DNA from: a virus
Reading direction: 5' to 3' (one strand)
Virus record (IMG/VR): IMGVR_UViG_3300008117_004657
Coordinates: 1 to 64,000 of that record
DNA: 64,000 nt
Of the stretch, positions 36,720-45,324 are shown in pieces. Numbering within the stretch: position 1 is the stretch's first letter; every line of letters begins with the position of its first letter. The position numbers and the translations under genes were made by a program. Under the pieces are notes generated by a model, which saw nothing but the letters and a program-made list of their open reading frames with translations, did not search any database and was not told the origin of the DNA.

Positions 36720-37579
36720 ACCAATTCCTTTTCTTTAAAATCTCGAAATTTTGGGGAACTCTCAATATTGAAATGTGTAGTAACATTTCCTTCGTCTGTA
36801 AAATACGTTTTAATTTCTTTTCTAATACTACATCCGTCACAAATATCACAAAATAGAGAACATACAGGCGACTGAATCTCATTATTTATCCAACTTAACC
36901 TGAGATTTTCTTTCATAGAATCTAAAAGTTTTAAGTCTTTCTCACTCAAAGTATCCCAGGCGACAGAGGTTATAAGTCTCTCCGGCCTAAAAGTTTTGAT
37001 TAGTTTAGTTATATCTTCGGAAGCTCGCCTTATATTCAATTTATGAATGGTATATCTTATTCGAAACCTGAAATTATTTTCCAATAACTTCTTAAATATC
37101 TTTACCATAAATGGTGTTGATTCCATACCATTGTGAAAAACTCTGTCTTTATTACCAACTCCATCAAAACTCACATCTATAGATAATAACTTCTTCTTAT
37201 AAAAAAAATTATTTTTAGTTACGTCTATGAAATCTTGGCTTAAATATTTAATACCATTTGTTGTCATATTAAAATGAACATTCTTCTTTTTACTATAGGC
37301 ATAGTCCATAGCAAAACAAACATTTTCCCATTCTAATGTTGGCTCTCCACCAAACAATACTATAAGAGTTTGCTGACTCGGATCCTCACGTTCTAAAATT
37401 TTATCAATACTTTTTACAATATCTTCTTTACTTAAAATTTGCGGCGGTCTTCCTGGTAAATCTTCATAGCAATACGTGCAAGCTAAGTTGCATTTATTGG
37501 TAAAATATAATACATTTACACCAGATCCAGAAACTATTGGTTTATTAGGATCTTGTATGTAAAATTGTTCTACATTCAT
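36716..37579 (-). CDS. Radical SAM enzyme (anSME/peptide-maturase-like core, short Cys-rich tail)
   Basis: CNLACTYCYE, LFGGEPTL, MTTNG, VSFDG, CSLFCDICDGC. Confidence 0.9.
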   Translation of the reverse strand: MNVEQFYIQDPNKPIVSGSGVNVLYFTNKCNLACTYCYEDLPGRPPQILSKEDIVKSIDKILEREDPSQQTLIVLFGGEPTLEWENVCFAMDYAYSKKKNVHFNMTTNGIKYLSQDFIDVTKNNFFYKKKLLSIDVSFDGVGNKDRVFHNGMESTPFMVKIFKKLLENNFRFRIRYTIHKLNIRRASEDITKLIKTFRPERLITSVAWDTLSEKDLKLLDSMKENLRLSWINNEIQSPVCSLFCDICDGCSIRKEIKTYFTDEGNVTTHFNIESSPKFRDFKEKELV

Positions 37580-37875
37580 TGTATTATCATTTTATGAGAA
37601 TTTTTATATCTATTTTCTTTTGGACGTTTTTTAGCTTCTTCAATTATGTGTCGCATGTTGTCCAAAAATTTGATATAATCTAATTTGTAATCAAATAAAT
37701 GTCCGGCTTCATTATATCCAACATATTTACTATCAACTTTAGCTTTACCTTTTCTAGCTTCTTCAATCTGCACTGATAACTCATCAACAGGAATTACTTT
37801 GTTTGATGCATGTTCAACAGGTTGCATCTCAACCTTTATTGGTATAGATAATAAACTTTTAAAATTTTTTTTCAT
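37576..37875 (-). CDS. Hypothetical protein
   Basis: 99-aa ORF overlapping both neighbours by 1-4 nt. Confidence 0.6.
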   Translation of the reverse strand: MKKNFKSLLSIPIKVEMQPVEHASNKVIPVDELSVQIEEARKGKAKVDSKYVGYNEAGHLFDYKLDYIKFLDNMRHIIEEAKKRPKENRYKNSHKMIIQ

Positions 37876-38723
37876 TAAATTTCCTTAGGATACATCATAA
37901 GTCCACCTTCACAAATTTCTTTCGGACAAATAACTTTTTTTGTAATATCTTTTAAAGATAACGGCATAATTTCATTAGTGCAAACATTTTTAACCAAATT
38001 ATCCAATTCTATTTGAAAAGATTCTGGCACACATTTATAATCTCTAAAAGAATTTTTTTTCTCATATAATAATTTTAAATCTGTTGTTCTTTCTTCCGAA
38101 CCATCATCATATAAAACATTTATATCTATCATATCTTCAGCATTAGAAGCTTCTGTAAAAAAATCTTGATCTAAGTTATTTGTGTAATATGGAGTATCAA
38201 CTAAAAAATTTAATTTAAATTTAATATTATTAGATTTACAGTTATCAATAATATTTAAAATATAGTTTTTATACTCTGGCATCATACTTATATGAACTTC
38301 ACAATTTAGATTTTTACACTTTTTTAAAAAATCCTCTTTGTGATATTCTGGATGAAAAGATGCATAATACTTAACTTTTGAAAAACTTTTTATACTTTTA
38401 TAAAAAGTTTCCGATCTAGTCAAGTTGGTAAAAAAATAAATTTTTACCAAATTTTTAATTTCATTTAATCCTTCCAGTATTTCTTCAATATTTGGATGTA
38501 ATGTTGGTTCACCACCAGTTAAACAAATCTCAAAAGGTTTAGAAATAGTTTTTAATCTACTTATTATTAACTTGTAACTTTGTGCAATCTGAGTCGTATC
38601 ATTGTAATCATAACTTAAATTTTCCTTTACATTACAGTATGAACACTTCAAATTACACCAATTCAATATATGCCAGTTAATTCTAAGAATTTTATCTTGA
38701 CTGGTGCAAGAAATAATTTTCAT
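37875..38723 (-). CDS. Radical SAM enzyme with Twitch-like C-terminus
   Basis: CNLKCSYC, TGGEPTLHP, FTN, SFHP, YKC...NVC...CPKEIC. Confidence 0.9.
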   Translation of the reverse strand: MKIISCTSQDKILRINWHILNWCNLKCSYCNVKENLSYDYNDTTQIAQSYKLIISRLKTISKPFEICLTGGEPTLHPNIEEILEGLNEIKNLVKIYFFTNLTRSETFYKSIKSFSKVKYYASFHPEYHKEDFLKKCKNLNCEVHISMMPEYKNYILNIIDNCKSNNIKFKLNFLVDTPYYTNNLDQDFFTEASNAEDMIDINVLYDDGSEERTTDLKLLYEKKNSFRDYKCVPESFQIELDNLVKNVCTNEIMPLSLKDITKKVICPKEICEGGLMMYPKEI

Positions 38724-38724
38724 A

Positions 38725-39849
38725 TTAATTCCTACACTCTACGCCTTCATTTTCAACACCAACATTTTCAATATAATGTAATACTAAATCTTGAAAAACT
38801 GGAACATCCTTACACTCATCAACAACTCTTAAACCCTGTTCATAATATATGTGAAATAATTCACAAATACTATCCAATGGTTTATTGTCATTCATAATTT
38901 GAGAATAAGTGCATCCAGTATTACATACTTGTTTTAAATCGCAAGGTTCACATTTATCAAAACTTTTAGGATTAAATATATCTTGATAATATTTAAAATT
39001 ATATTGTTCGTCCATCTTCATAATTTTTTTAGATGCAAATCTGGCGCAAGGATAAAATTCACCAGAACTCATCAAAACTCCACCATTGGTTCCTGCAAAA
39101 CATCCAAATGATCTTTTTCCTTTTACTAATCCATATAGTGTGTCCAAAATAGCTAGTCTGAGAAAGCCAACTGAACAAGCTTTACCTGATTTTAGTTTTT
39201 CTATCCAAAAATCCGCCAATCTTTCACATTCATATCTAAACTGTTTGATATCTTCTACAGTCCAAACATCATCTCGAACTATACTAAAATCGGGATGATC
39301 TATACCCCAATCTAGTAAGAATTGGAAATTCTCCGTCATATCTTTGGTATTACCTGGCCATATCATAACTTTACAACCGTTTGTTAAATCTTTTATGATT
39401 TCTTTCTTGTACTCATACATTGAAAGAATACCATCAAATAAATCTCCAGTTTCTGGATTAGTATTTTCTAAAAGTGGTAATAAAGGTCTAGTTTCATTTG
39501 AACTCATACCATCAAAAGACCAAGAAACACCGACACCATTTTCTTTTAAATAATGAGCTTTATTTTCATCAATCATCGTAAGATTTGTGATGATATTAAT
39601 ACCTTTACATTTCTTATCCGATTTCAAATAAGGAACGGCGTGAGTTATAAGATCCCAATTTAATAGTGGTTCACCACCAAAAAAACTTACATGATAATCC
39701 CTATCTCCCGATCTTTGCATCAAGTTGGGCAAATCTTTCATACCTTGATCGAAAACCTCTTTCGTCATCCAAGTTGGCCTATTTGCTACATAACAATAAG
39801 GACAACCTAGATTACATTTTTCAGTAACACTTACCTCTAATGTAAACAT
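38725..39849 (-). CDS. Radical SAM/SPASM peptide-maturase-like enzyme
   Basis: CNLGCPYC, FFGGEPLLNW, SFDG, and SPASM CFAG...YPCARF...CEPCDLKQVCNTGC...C. Confidence 0.93.
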   Translation of the reverse strand: MFTLEVSVTEKCNLGCPYCYVANRPTWMTKEVFDQGMKDLPNLMQRSGDRDYHVSFFGGEPLLNWDLITHAVPYLKSDKKCKGINIITNLTMIDENKAHYLKENGVGVSWSFDGMSSNETRPLLPLLENTNPETGDLFDGILSMYEYKKEIIKDLTNGCKVMIWPGNTKDMTENFQFLLDWGIDHPDFSIVRDDVWTVEDIKQFRYECERLADFWIEKLKSGKACSVGFLRLAILDTLYGLVKGKRSFGCFAGTNGGVLMSSGEFYPCARFASKKIMKMDEQYNFKYYQDIFNPKSFDKCEPCDLKQVCNTGCTYSQIMNDNKPLDSICELFHIYYEQGLRVVDECKDVPVFQDLVLHYIENVGVENEGVECRN

Positions 39850-39859
39850 TCTTTTATCC

Positions 39860-40966
39860 TTAAACTGTGCATTGTTCAGCCTCGATTTTAATCGTAGGCT
39901 TTTTATAACTCTTTAGTGCTGTTCTTAGAGCATGATGTACTATCTCATTCGTTTTGAATACCTTACATACCTGCCAATTAGCTGTATGATCACTCCATTT
40001 TTCTAAATAAGTTTCTTTTTCAGATTTCTCATAAGTCGCAGCATTACACTTCATACAAAACTGACTATCGCAACTCATACAGTCTAGTGGTTGATTTTTC
40101 AATGCGTCTTTATACATCTGAGATTTTTCTTCAATCAACTGATCTAAATCTGGAACTTTAAAAATATTACCGAGTTTATGTGAATGAGATTCTTTATACA
40201 TGCATCCGTGACAAGGACTTAAATCCCCATTCAAGTCCACACTCACATAATTTATACCTGCAGCACATAGAGCTCTAGACTGTTGAAACCATCCAAATTT
40301 TTCAGGAGGTAATTTGTTATCATAAATGTGTTTAGCAATTTTTTTCAATCCATCCTTCAAAACTTCTAATCTAGGCATGAATTCTTCTTCATTCAACTGA
40401 CTGTATAAGTCTGGTGTTGGAAAATAATTATTATCCATTTCTATTACATCTAGAAATGCTTCATAAATTAAATGGAAATTATCGGATGTCAAAACAGATT
40501 TCAATGAAACATTTAGCCCAGCTTGTTTAGCTGCAATATAGTTTGCTTTAACTAAGGCTGATGATGGAGTACCAGACTTAGTTACTCTTGCGATATCATT
40601 TACTGGTTTTCCATCATATGAAACTTGTAACTTTAGTCTACCTGGAATTTCATTATGAATTCTAACCAAATCTTTTAAATATCTTTTTAAATATGTTCCA
40701 TTTGTATAGAAGAAAAAAGAAAACCCAGGATCGTGTTTAAACTTCTCAATAACACCTTTACAAAAATCCCAATTAACAAACGGTTCGCCACCCCAAAAAT
40801 AAACATCCTTTTTAGGATCAGAAATTTTAGCCATAAATTCTTCAACATTATCTAATGTCAAAGAAGTATTTTCTTCAAACTCAGTAGATAGACCACACTC
40901 AAAACCTTCGGAACAATATGTGCAAGCTAAATTGCAAATACTTGTTACGTTTATATCTACTACCAT
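39860..40966 (-). CDS. Radical SAM/SPASM peptide-maturase-like enzyme
   Basis: CNLACTYC, FWGGEPF, YTNG, SYDG, and SPASM CAAG...PCHGC...CMSCDSQFCMKC...C; AAGGAG SD. Confidence 0.93.
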   Translation of the reverse strand: MVVDINVTSICNLACTYCSEGFECGLSTEFEENTSLTLDNVEEFMAKISDPKKDVYFWGGEPFVNWDFCKGVIEKFKHDPGFSFFFYTNGTYLKRYLKDLVRIHNEIPGRLKLQVSYDGKPVNDIARVTKSGTPSSALVKANYIAAKQAGLNVSLKSVLTSDNFHLIYEAFLDVIEMDNNYFPTPDLYSQLNEEEFMPRLEVLKDGLKKIAKHIYDNKLPPEKFGWFQQSRALCAAGINYVSVDLNGDLSPCHGCMYKESHSHKLGNIFKVPDLDQLIEEKSQMYKDALKNQPLDCMSCDSQFCMKCNAATYEKSEKETYLEKWSDHTANWQVCKVFKTNEIVHHALRTALKSYKKPTIKIEAEQCTV

Positions 40967-41021
40967 TTTTTCTCCTTTTATTTTAAATCAAAGACGCACT
41001 AGTATATAGTAGTTGATAAAC

Positions 41022-41759
41022 TCAATCAACATTTCTGTAGTATTCGTTCAGTTCTAAAACTTTTTTAAGTAATTCTACATCATAATTTTTCACCAAACAC
41101 TCGGTATCTTTTGGTAAGCAAGGACCTCCAAATCCTCTTTTTCCGTCAGGTCCAGGAACTTTAAAATGATTGGATCCCATCCAAGGATGTTTAGAAAGTA
41201 TTTCGATAGCTTCCTCATAGTTTACCTCCATCTTTTTAGCTACATCATACATTGAATTCATAAAAATAACTTTTGTTGCATAAAAAGAATTCATTGAGTA
41301 TTTTATAAAAGAAGCAGTATTGATATCCGTTATGAATGTATTACTCATATCTACAGTAGAATACTTTCTATAAATTTCTAATGCTTGTTCAGATTTATTA
41401 CCCGATAAAATCGTTAGAGGAGGATTTACAAAATCTTCCTTTGAAGTGGACCTTGATAAAAATTCTGGATTATATACTACGTCATATTGTTTTAAATATT
41501 GTGGTAACACAGTTGATTTGACTATGACAACTCCTTTATAATTCATTCGTCGTATTTCATCAAGTACAGAAATCAACAAAGAATAATTAGTGTTATCTGT
41601 GGGAGTAGGAACACAAACGAAGATAGCCTCAGGATTTAATAAACAAAGGCCTTTCACCGTTACGTGATTATATTTCGGATCACAAACAAAAACTTTAGTT
41701 TTGGAAAAGCCGTATTCAACGGCTTGTCCAACCATTCCATAACCAATAATTCCAATCAT
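41022..41759 (-). CDS. ugd: UDP-glucose/GDP-mannose 6-dehydrogenase family (short form)
   Basis: GIIGYGMVG, FVCVPTP, KSTV.P, YNPEFL, K...N, GFGGPCLPKD; lacks the C-terminal UDP-binding domain. Confidence 0.85.
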   Translation of the reverse strand: MIGIIGYGMVGQAVEYGFSKTKVFVCDPKYNHVTVKGLCLLNPEAIFVCVPTPTDNTNYSLLISVLDEIRRMNYKGVVIVKSTVLPQYLKQYDVVYNPEFLSRSTSKEDFVNPPLTILSGNKSEQALEIYRKYSTVDMSNTFITDINTASFIKYSMNSFYATKVIFMNSMYDVAKKMEVNYEEAIEILSKHPWMGSNHFKVPGPDGKRGFGGPCLPKDTECLVKNYDVELLKKVLELNEYYRNVD

Positions 41760-41762
41760 AAT

Positions 41763-44700
41763 TTACATGATAGCTACTTCTATCTTTCCTTCTTCTTCAG
41801 TGTTTTTATCTTCTAAACAAATTAATCTTAATGGTAATTTGTTACCATCAGATACTTTAGCTACTCCTGGTACATCAGACATTTCAAGTAAATCACCTTT
41901 TTTACATGTGCCTAAAATTCTAACAGGCAATCTACCTTTGAGTCCAACAACTATACCACCTTCTAATCCATCATTCATTAAGAAAGCAGGTTTTTCCGAA
42001 ACAACTCCTATTATAACATGTAATTTATCTTTTGTCGCGGCTGTAACTTCTTTATTGCCGCCAATCATCATAATCGTTCCATAATCATAAGATTGGTCTG
42101 GTAAATAACATTCGGCTAAGTCCGCAGAATAGTATGCTGATGTTGCGATGCCTCGGAAGAAATCAGCTACAATATCCTTTTCACAGAATATACCACCTTC
42201 AACATATAGAGAAGCACCAGCGGCAGGACTAGTAGAATTATCTTGACCAGTTGTAGCTTGAGTGCTATTTCTAATTCTAACCCTACCATAAAGATCGGAA
42301 GCACCATAATTAGTTAAATTAGCAGAAGTTGCTTGGCCAGCGACGCCAGTAACAATCGTTCCTCCAGAAGTAACATTAGTTGTACTACCAGCAGTTGTAG
42401 CGCTACTAGCAGATGTAGCACTACCAGCACTAGTTGCATATCCAGCATCACCGGTAATATTCATGGGATAAGTTCTAGCGCCACCTGTGTCAGTTCTTGA
42501 AACTCTATTTGTAGGTAATAAACCGGCAGCATCAACTTGAATATATCCAGTTAAATTGGGAGCAGAAATTTCAGACCAACTAAATCCAGTACCCGTCCAA
42601 TTTAAAAAACGATTTAAATTTGCTGGAGGAGCAACAATGAAAGCTGTAGTATCTTGTTCTGATTGATATACAATTCTACTTGCAGCACCGCCAGTAATAT
42701 TATTCGCTCTATCAGAAACAAAACCTAAAGTTGTAAAATCTGCTGGATCTGAAGTTGCATGTGTATATTGCCATCTGTCAATAGTTTCATTATAACGGAA
42801 TATAGCATTTGGAGAAACACCCCTATCAACTTCAATTGTAGCACTTAAAGACGGACTCTGATTTTGGTTTTGATTACCATTAAATACAAAAGTTCCACCT
42901 TGTAGGAGTGCTGTGCCTCCATTAAACTTAATGTTGCCACTTTCCAATTTACCAGTAACATTTATATTACCATTTATGGTTTGAATATCACTACCACCCG
43001 TTCTATAAACAGCATTATTTGCATTACTGAACGCAGCATTGGCATGCCTAAATGCCACATCTAAATGTACGTTTGCTGTATTTGCAAATAAAAATGCCGC
43101 ATTAGCGTGAATAAATGCTGGAACAACATTAGCTAAAGCTTGAGATGCAGATTCTTGTGCAACAGCAGCAGCAGCTGCAGCAGTATTGGCAGCTCCAAAA
43201 GCTCCATTCGCATAAGAACTAGCACTATTTGCACTTCCAAATGCTGAGTTAGCATATCCACCAGAAATTACACCACCACTCAATGCAGCAGCATTAGCCG
43301 CAGCAAAAGCAGAATTAGCATACACGCCTGCACTATTTGCACTTCCAAATGCTGAGTTAGCATATCCACCAGAAATTACACCACCCTGCAAGGCAGCAAG
43401 ATTCGCTGCAGCATAAGCGCCATTAGCATAATTTGATGCACTCGTTATATTAATTGTAAACAGAGCCGAGTTAGCATTAGCAGTATTAGACACTACGTTT
43501 GCCCAATTAAATGCAGCATTAGCATGAGTGTAACCCGAGTTGGCATATCTACCAGATGTTTGTGCGACTGAGTGCGCGGTGTTTACCGCTAAAGGCGTAG
43601 CTATATTAGATGTACTTAAATTTGAAACTTCAGAATCTAAGAAACTTGCATCCAAAATTCCATAAAGTTCACTATAGGTATTACCTTTTGAGATTTTCCA
43701 TTGGTCATCAGTTTCAACCCATCTAATAATCGCATCATCACCAACAGGCCTTTCATTTCTAAAAACTGCATCAGCGTTTGTTGGTGTTCTCTTATTTAAA
43801 ATTATCTCACTTGTCTCATATTCAATGTCACCTAAAGCTGTCCAAGTTCCCTCAACAGTTAAATTACTTGAAATGTAAGCTGTATTGAGTGTAGTTTTTC
43901 CATCAACGATTAAAGATTCATATTGGCTGCCCGGAGCATAAATCCTTAATTGCGATCCACTTTGCATCCATAGATTAGAAGAAACATTTACCCAAGCAGC
44001 ATTAATTGTGGAAACTTCAACATTATTTGTAATAATATTATTAGCGGTAATTCTATGAGTTGAAGTTAAATTATATGATGTTAATATGTTAATTGAAGAT
44101 GTATTGATTGAAGCTACATTTATACTTGAACTATTTGAAACTAGATTTACTACATTACCATTTAATATGGTAGCGGTATTGATCGAAGATACATTGATTG
44201 AAGCTAAATTTGATACTAGAGTTACTACATTACCAACTAATGTGGTTGACGCATTTACTGTAGCAACATTAATTGATGATGAATTCGACACTAGAGTTAC
44301 TACATTACCATTTAATATGGTAGCGGTATTGATCGAAGATACATTCGAACTAAAATTAACAATATTACCAGAAATATTGGCGACCAAATACCTTGTGGAA
44401 ACGGAATTAGAGGTATGCGAATTCGAAGAAAGATAGTAAGAATTGCCTGTTACATTTTCTAAAATACCTATTCTAGCAAAAGCGAGATCATCTAAAACAT
44501 CTATTCTAGCAAACGAAGCATATAAATTTGCAGTGCTTACGTTAGTAGAAAAAGTATCTGTGGAGTATATTGTATTAGATTTTATGGATCCATTATTAGC
44601 ATAAGCTACATTTCCTGTACCACTTAATCTTAGAGTGCCGGTAGATATTGTTAAATTGTTCGCTACAGTTACACTACCATTTGCAATATAATTATTCGAA

Positions 44701-45074
44701 TATACATTACTTACTACTTGTAAATCGACACCAATATATGAATTATTCGAAACAGAAAGAGCTGATCCAGGACCTCTTACCGAAACTGTGCCGCCAGCAA
44801 TAATATTACCAGTTGCGGAACTTTGTACTCCTAAGAAAAGAGTATTTCCTAAAGTTAAACTACTTTGAAATAAAACGTTGTTTGCAACTTGTAGAGGGGT
44901 ACCATCAGCTGTAATATTTAAAATAGAAGTATTCGAAAGTATTAATGTTCCTTGAGTTTTATCGTAGTTATAAAACCCAAGGTCATTCAAATCTGATGCA
45001 GATTTGTTTGTTTGAATTCTCCATTCGTCAATGGTATTCGTTCTAGCAATGATTGGTATTAATGAGGTAGGCAT
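41763..45074 (-). CDS. Tail fibre protein with C-terminal autocleaving chaperone-like domain
   Basis: TNTIDEWRIQTN N-terminus, beta-repeat NVSSINTATILNGNVV, Ala/Asn heptads, and C-terminal YSADLAECY...GVVSEKPAFLMN...GRLPVRILG..KKGDLL. Confidence 0.8.
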   Translation of the reverse strand: MPTSLIPIIARTNTIDEWRIQTNKSASDLNDLGFYNYDKTQGTLILSNTSILNITADGTPLQVANNVLFQSSLTLGNTLFLGVQSSATGNIIAGGTVSVRGPGSALSVSNNSYIGVDLQVVSNVYSNNYIANGSVTVANNLTISTGTLRLSGTGNVAYANNGSIKSNTIYSTDTFSTNVSTANLYASFARIDVLDDLAFARIGILENVTGNSYYLSSNSHTSNSVSTRYLVANISGNIVNFSSNVSSINTATILNGNVVTLVSNSSSINVATVNASTTLVGNVVTLVSNLASINVSSINTATILNGNVVNLVSNSSSINVASINTSSINILTSYNLTSTHRITANNIITNNVEVSTINAAWVNVSSNLWMQSGSQLRIYAPGSQYESLIVDGKTTLNTAYISSNLTVEGTWTALGDIEYETSEIILNKRTPTNADAVFRNERPVGDDAIIRWVETDDQWKISKGNTYSELYGILDASFLDSEVSNLSTSNIATPLAVNTAHSVAQTSGRYANSGYTHANAAFNWANVVSNTANANSALFTINITSASNYANGAYAAANLAALQGGVISGGYANSAFGSANSAGVYANSAFAAANAAALSGGVISGGYANSAFGSANSASSYANGAFGAANTAAAAAAVAQESASQALANVVPAFIHANAAFLFANTANVHLDVAFRHANAAFSNANNAVYRTGGSDIQTINGNINVTGKLESGNIKFNGGTALLQGGTFVFNGNQNQNQSPSLSATIEVDRGVSPNAIFRYNETIDRWQYTHATSDPADFTTLGFVSDRANNITGGAASRIVYQSEQDTTAFIVAPPANLNRFLNWTGTGFSWSEISAPNLTGYIQVDAAGLLPTNRVSRTDTGGARTYPMNITGDAGYATSAGSATSASSATTAGSTTNVTSGGTIVTGVAGQATSANLTNYGASDLYGRVRIRNSTQATTGQDNSTSPAAGASLYVEGGIFCEKDIVADFFRGIATSAYYSADLAECYLPDQSYDYGTIMMIGGNKEVTAATKDKLHVIIGVVSEKPAFLMNDGLEGGIVVGLKGRLPVRILGTCKKGDLLEMSDVPGVAKVSDGNKLPLRLICLEDKNTEEEGKIEVAIM
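43222..44345. repeat. Exact internal coding duplications in the fibre (about 56 bp at 43222/43330; about 45 bp at 44151/44301)
   Basis: gcactatttgcacttccaaatgctgag... at offset 108 and tacattaccatttaatatggtagcgg... at offset 150, both in frame. Confidence 0.8.
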
Positions 45075-45083
45075 TTCTGATTA

Positions 45084-45323
45084 TTAATCCTTCTTATGAA
45101 TCAGCGTCTGTAATAGAGATTTTATTTCATTCATATCATTAGACATTTCTTCAATTTTAGTTTTTAAGTTATTTATCTCGTCATCATTTCCGCTTATTTT
45201 TTTACCTAATTTTTTTCTAGCTTCATTCTGTTGCAAAATAGTTTTATTTACGGCCAATAGAGCACCATTTGTTTTATTTTTAACAAATTGGCCGCCTTCG
45301 ACCTTAAGTAAATTATTTTCCAT
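45084..45323 (-). CDS. Small coiled-coil protein
   Basis: 79 aa ending EINNLK..IEEM..DMNEIKSLLQTL; typical small gene following the large DUF4815-type gene. Confidence 0.7.
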   Translation of the reverse strand: MENNLLKVEGGQFVKNKTNGALLAVNKTILQQNEARKKLGKKISGNDDEINNLKTKIEEMSNDMNEIKSLLQTLIHKKD

Positions 45324-45324
45324 A

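Noticed and set aside
27939-40966. Radical SAMs as QueE/7-deazaguanine, MoaA or NrdG DNA/cofactor pathway genes
   Set aside because: No partner genes (queC/queD/folE/dpdA, moaC, nrdD) are in the window, and the SPASM/Twitch tails plus tail-module context fit those roles poorly; not fully excluded.
18100-41759. The island as a bacterial contaminant or chimeric join
   Set aside because: It is largely co-oriented with and tightly abutting phage genes at both ends (3-nt gap at 41759/41763) and contains a phage-type S74 protein; no integrase or transposase is seen. Read-level confirmation is still advisable.
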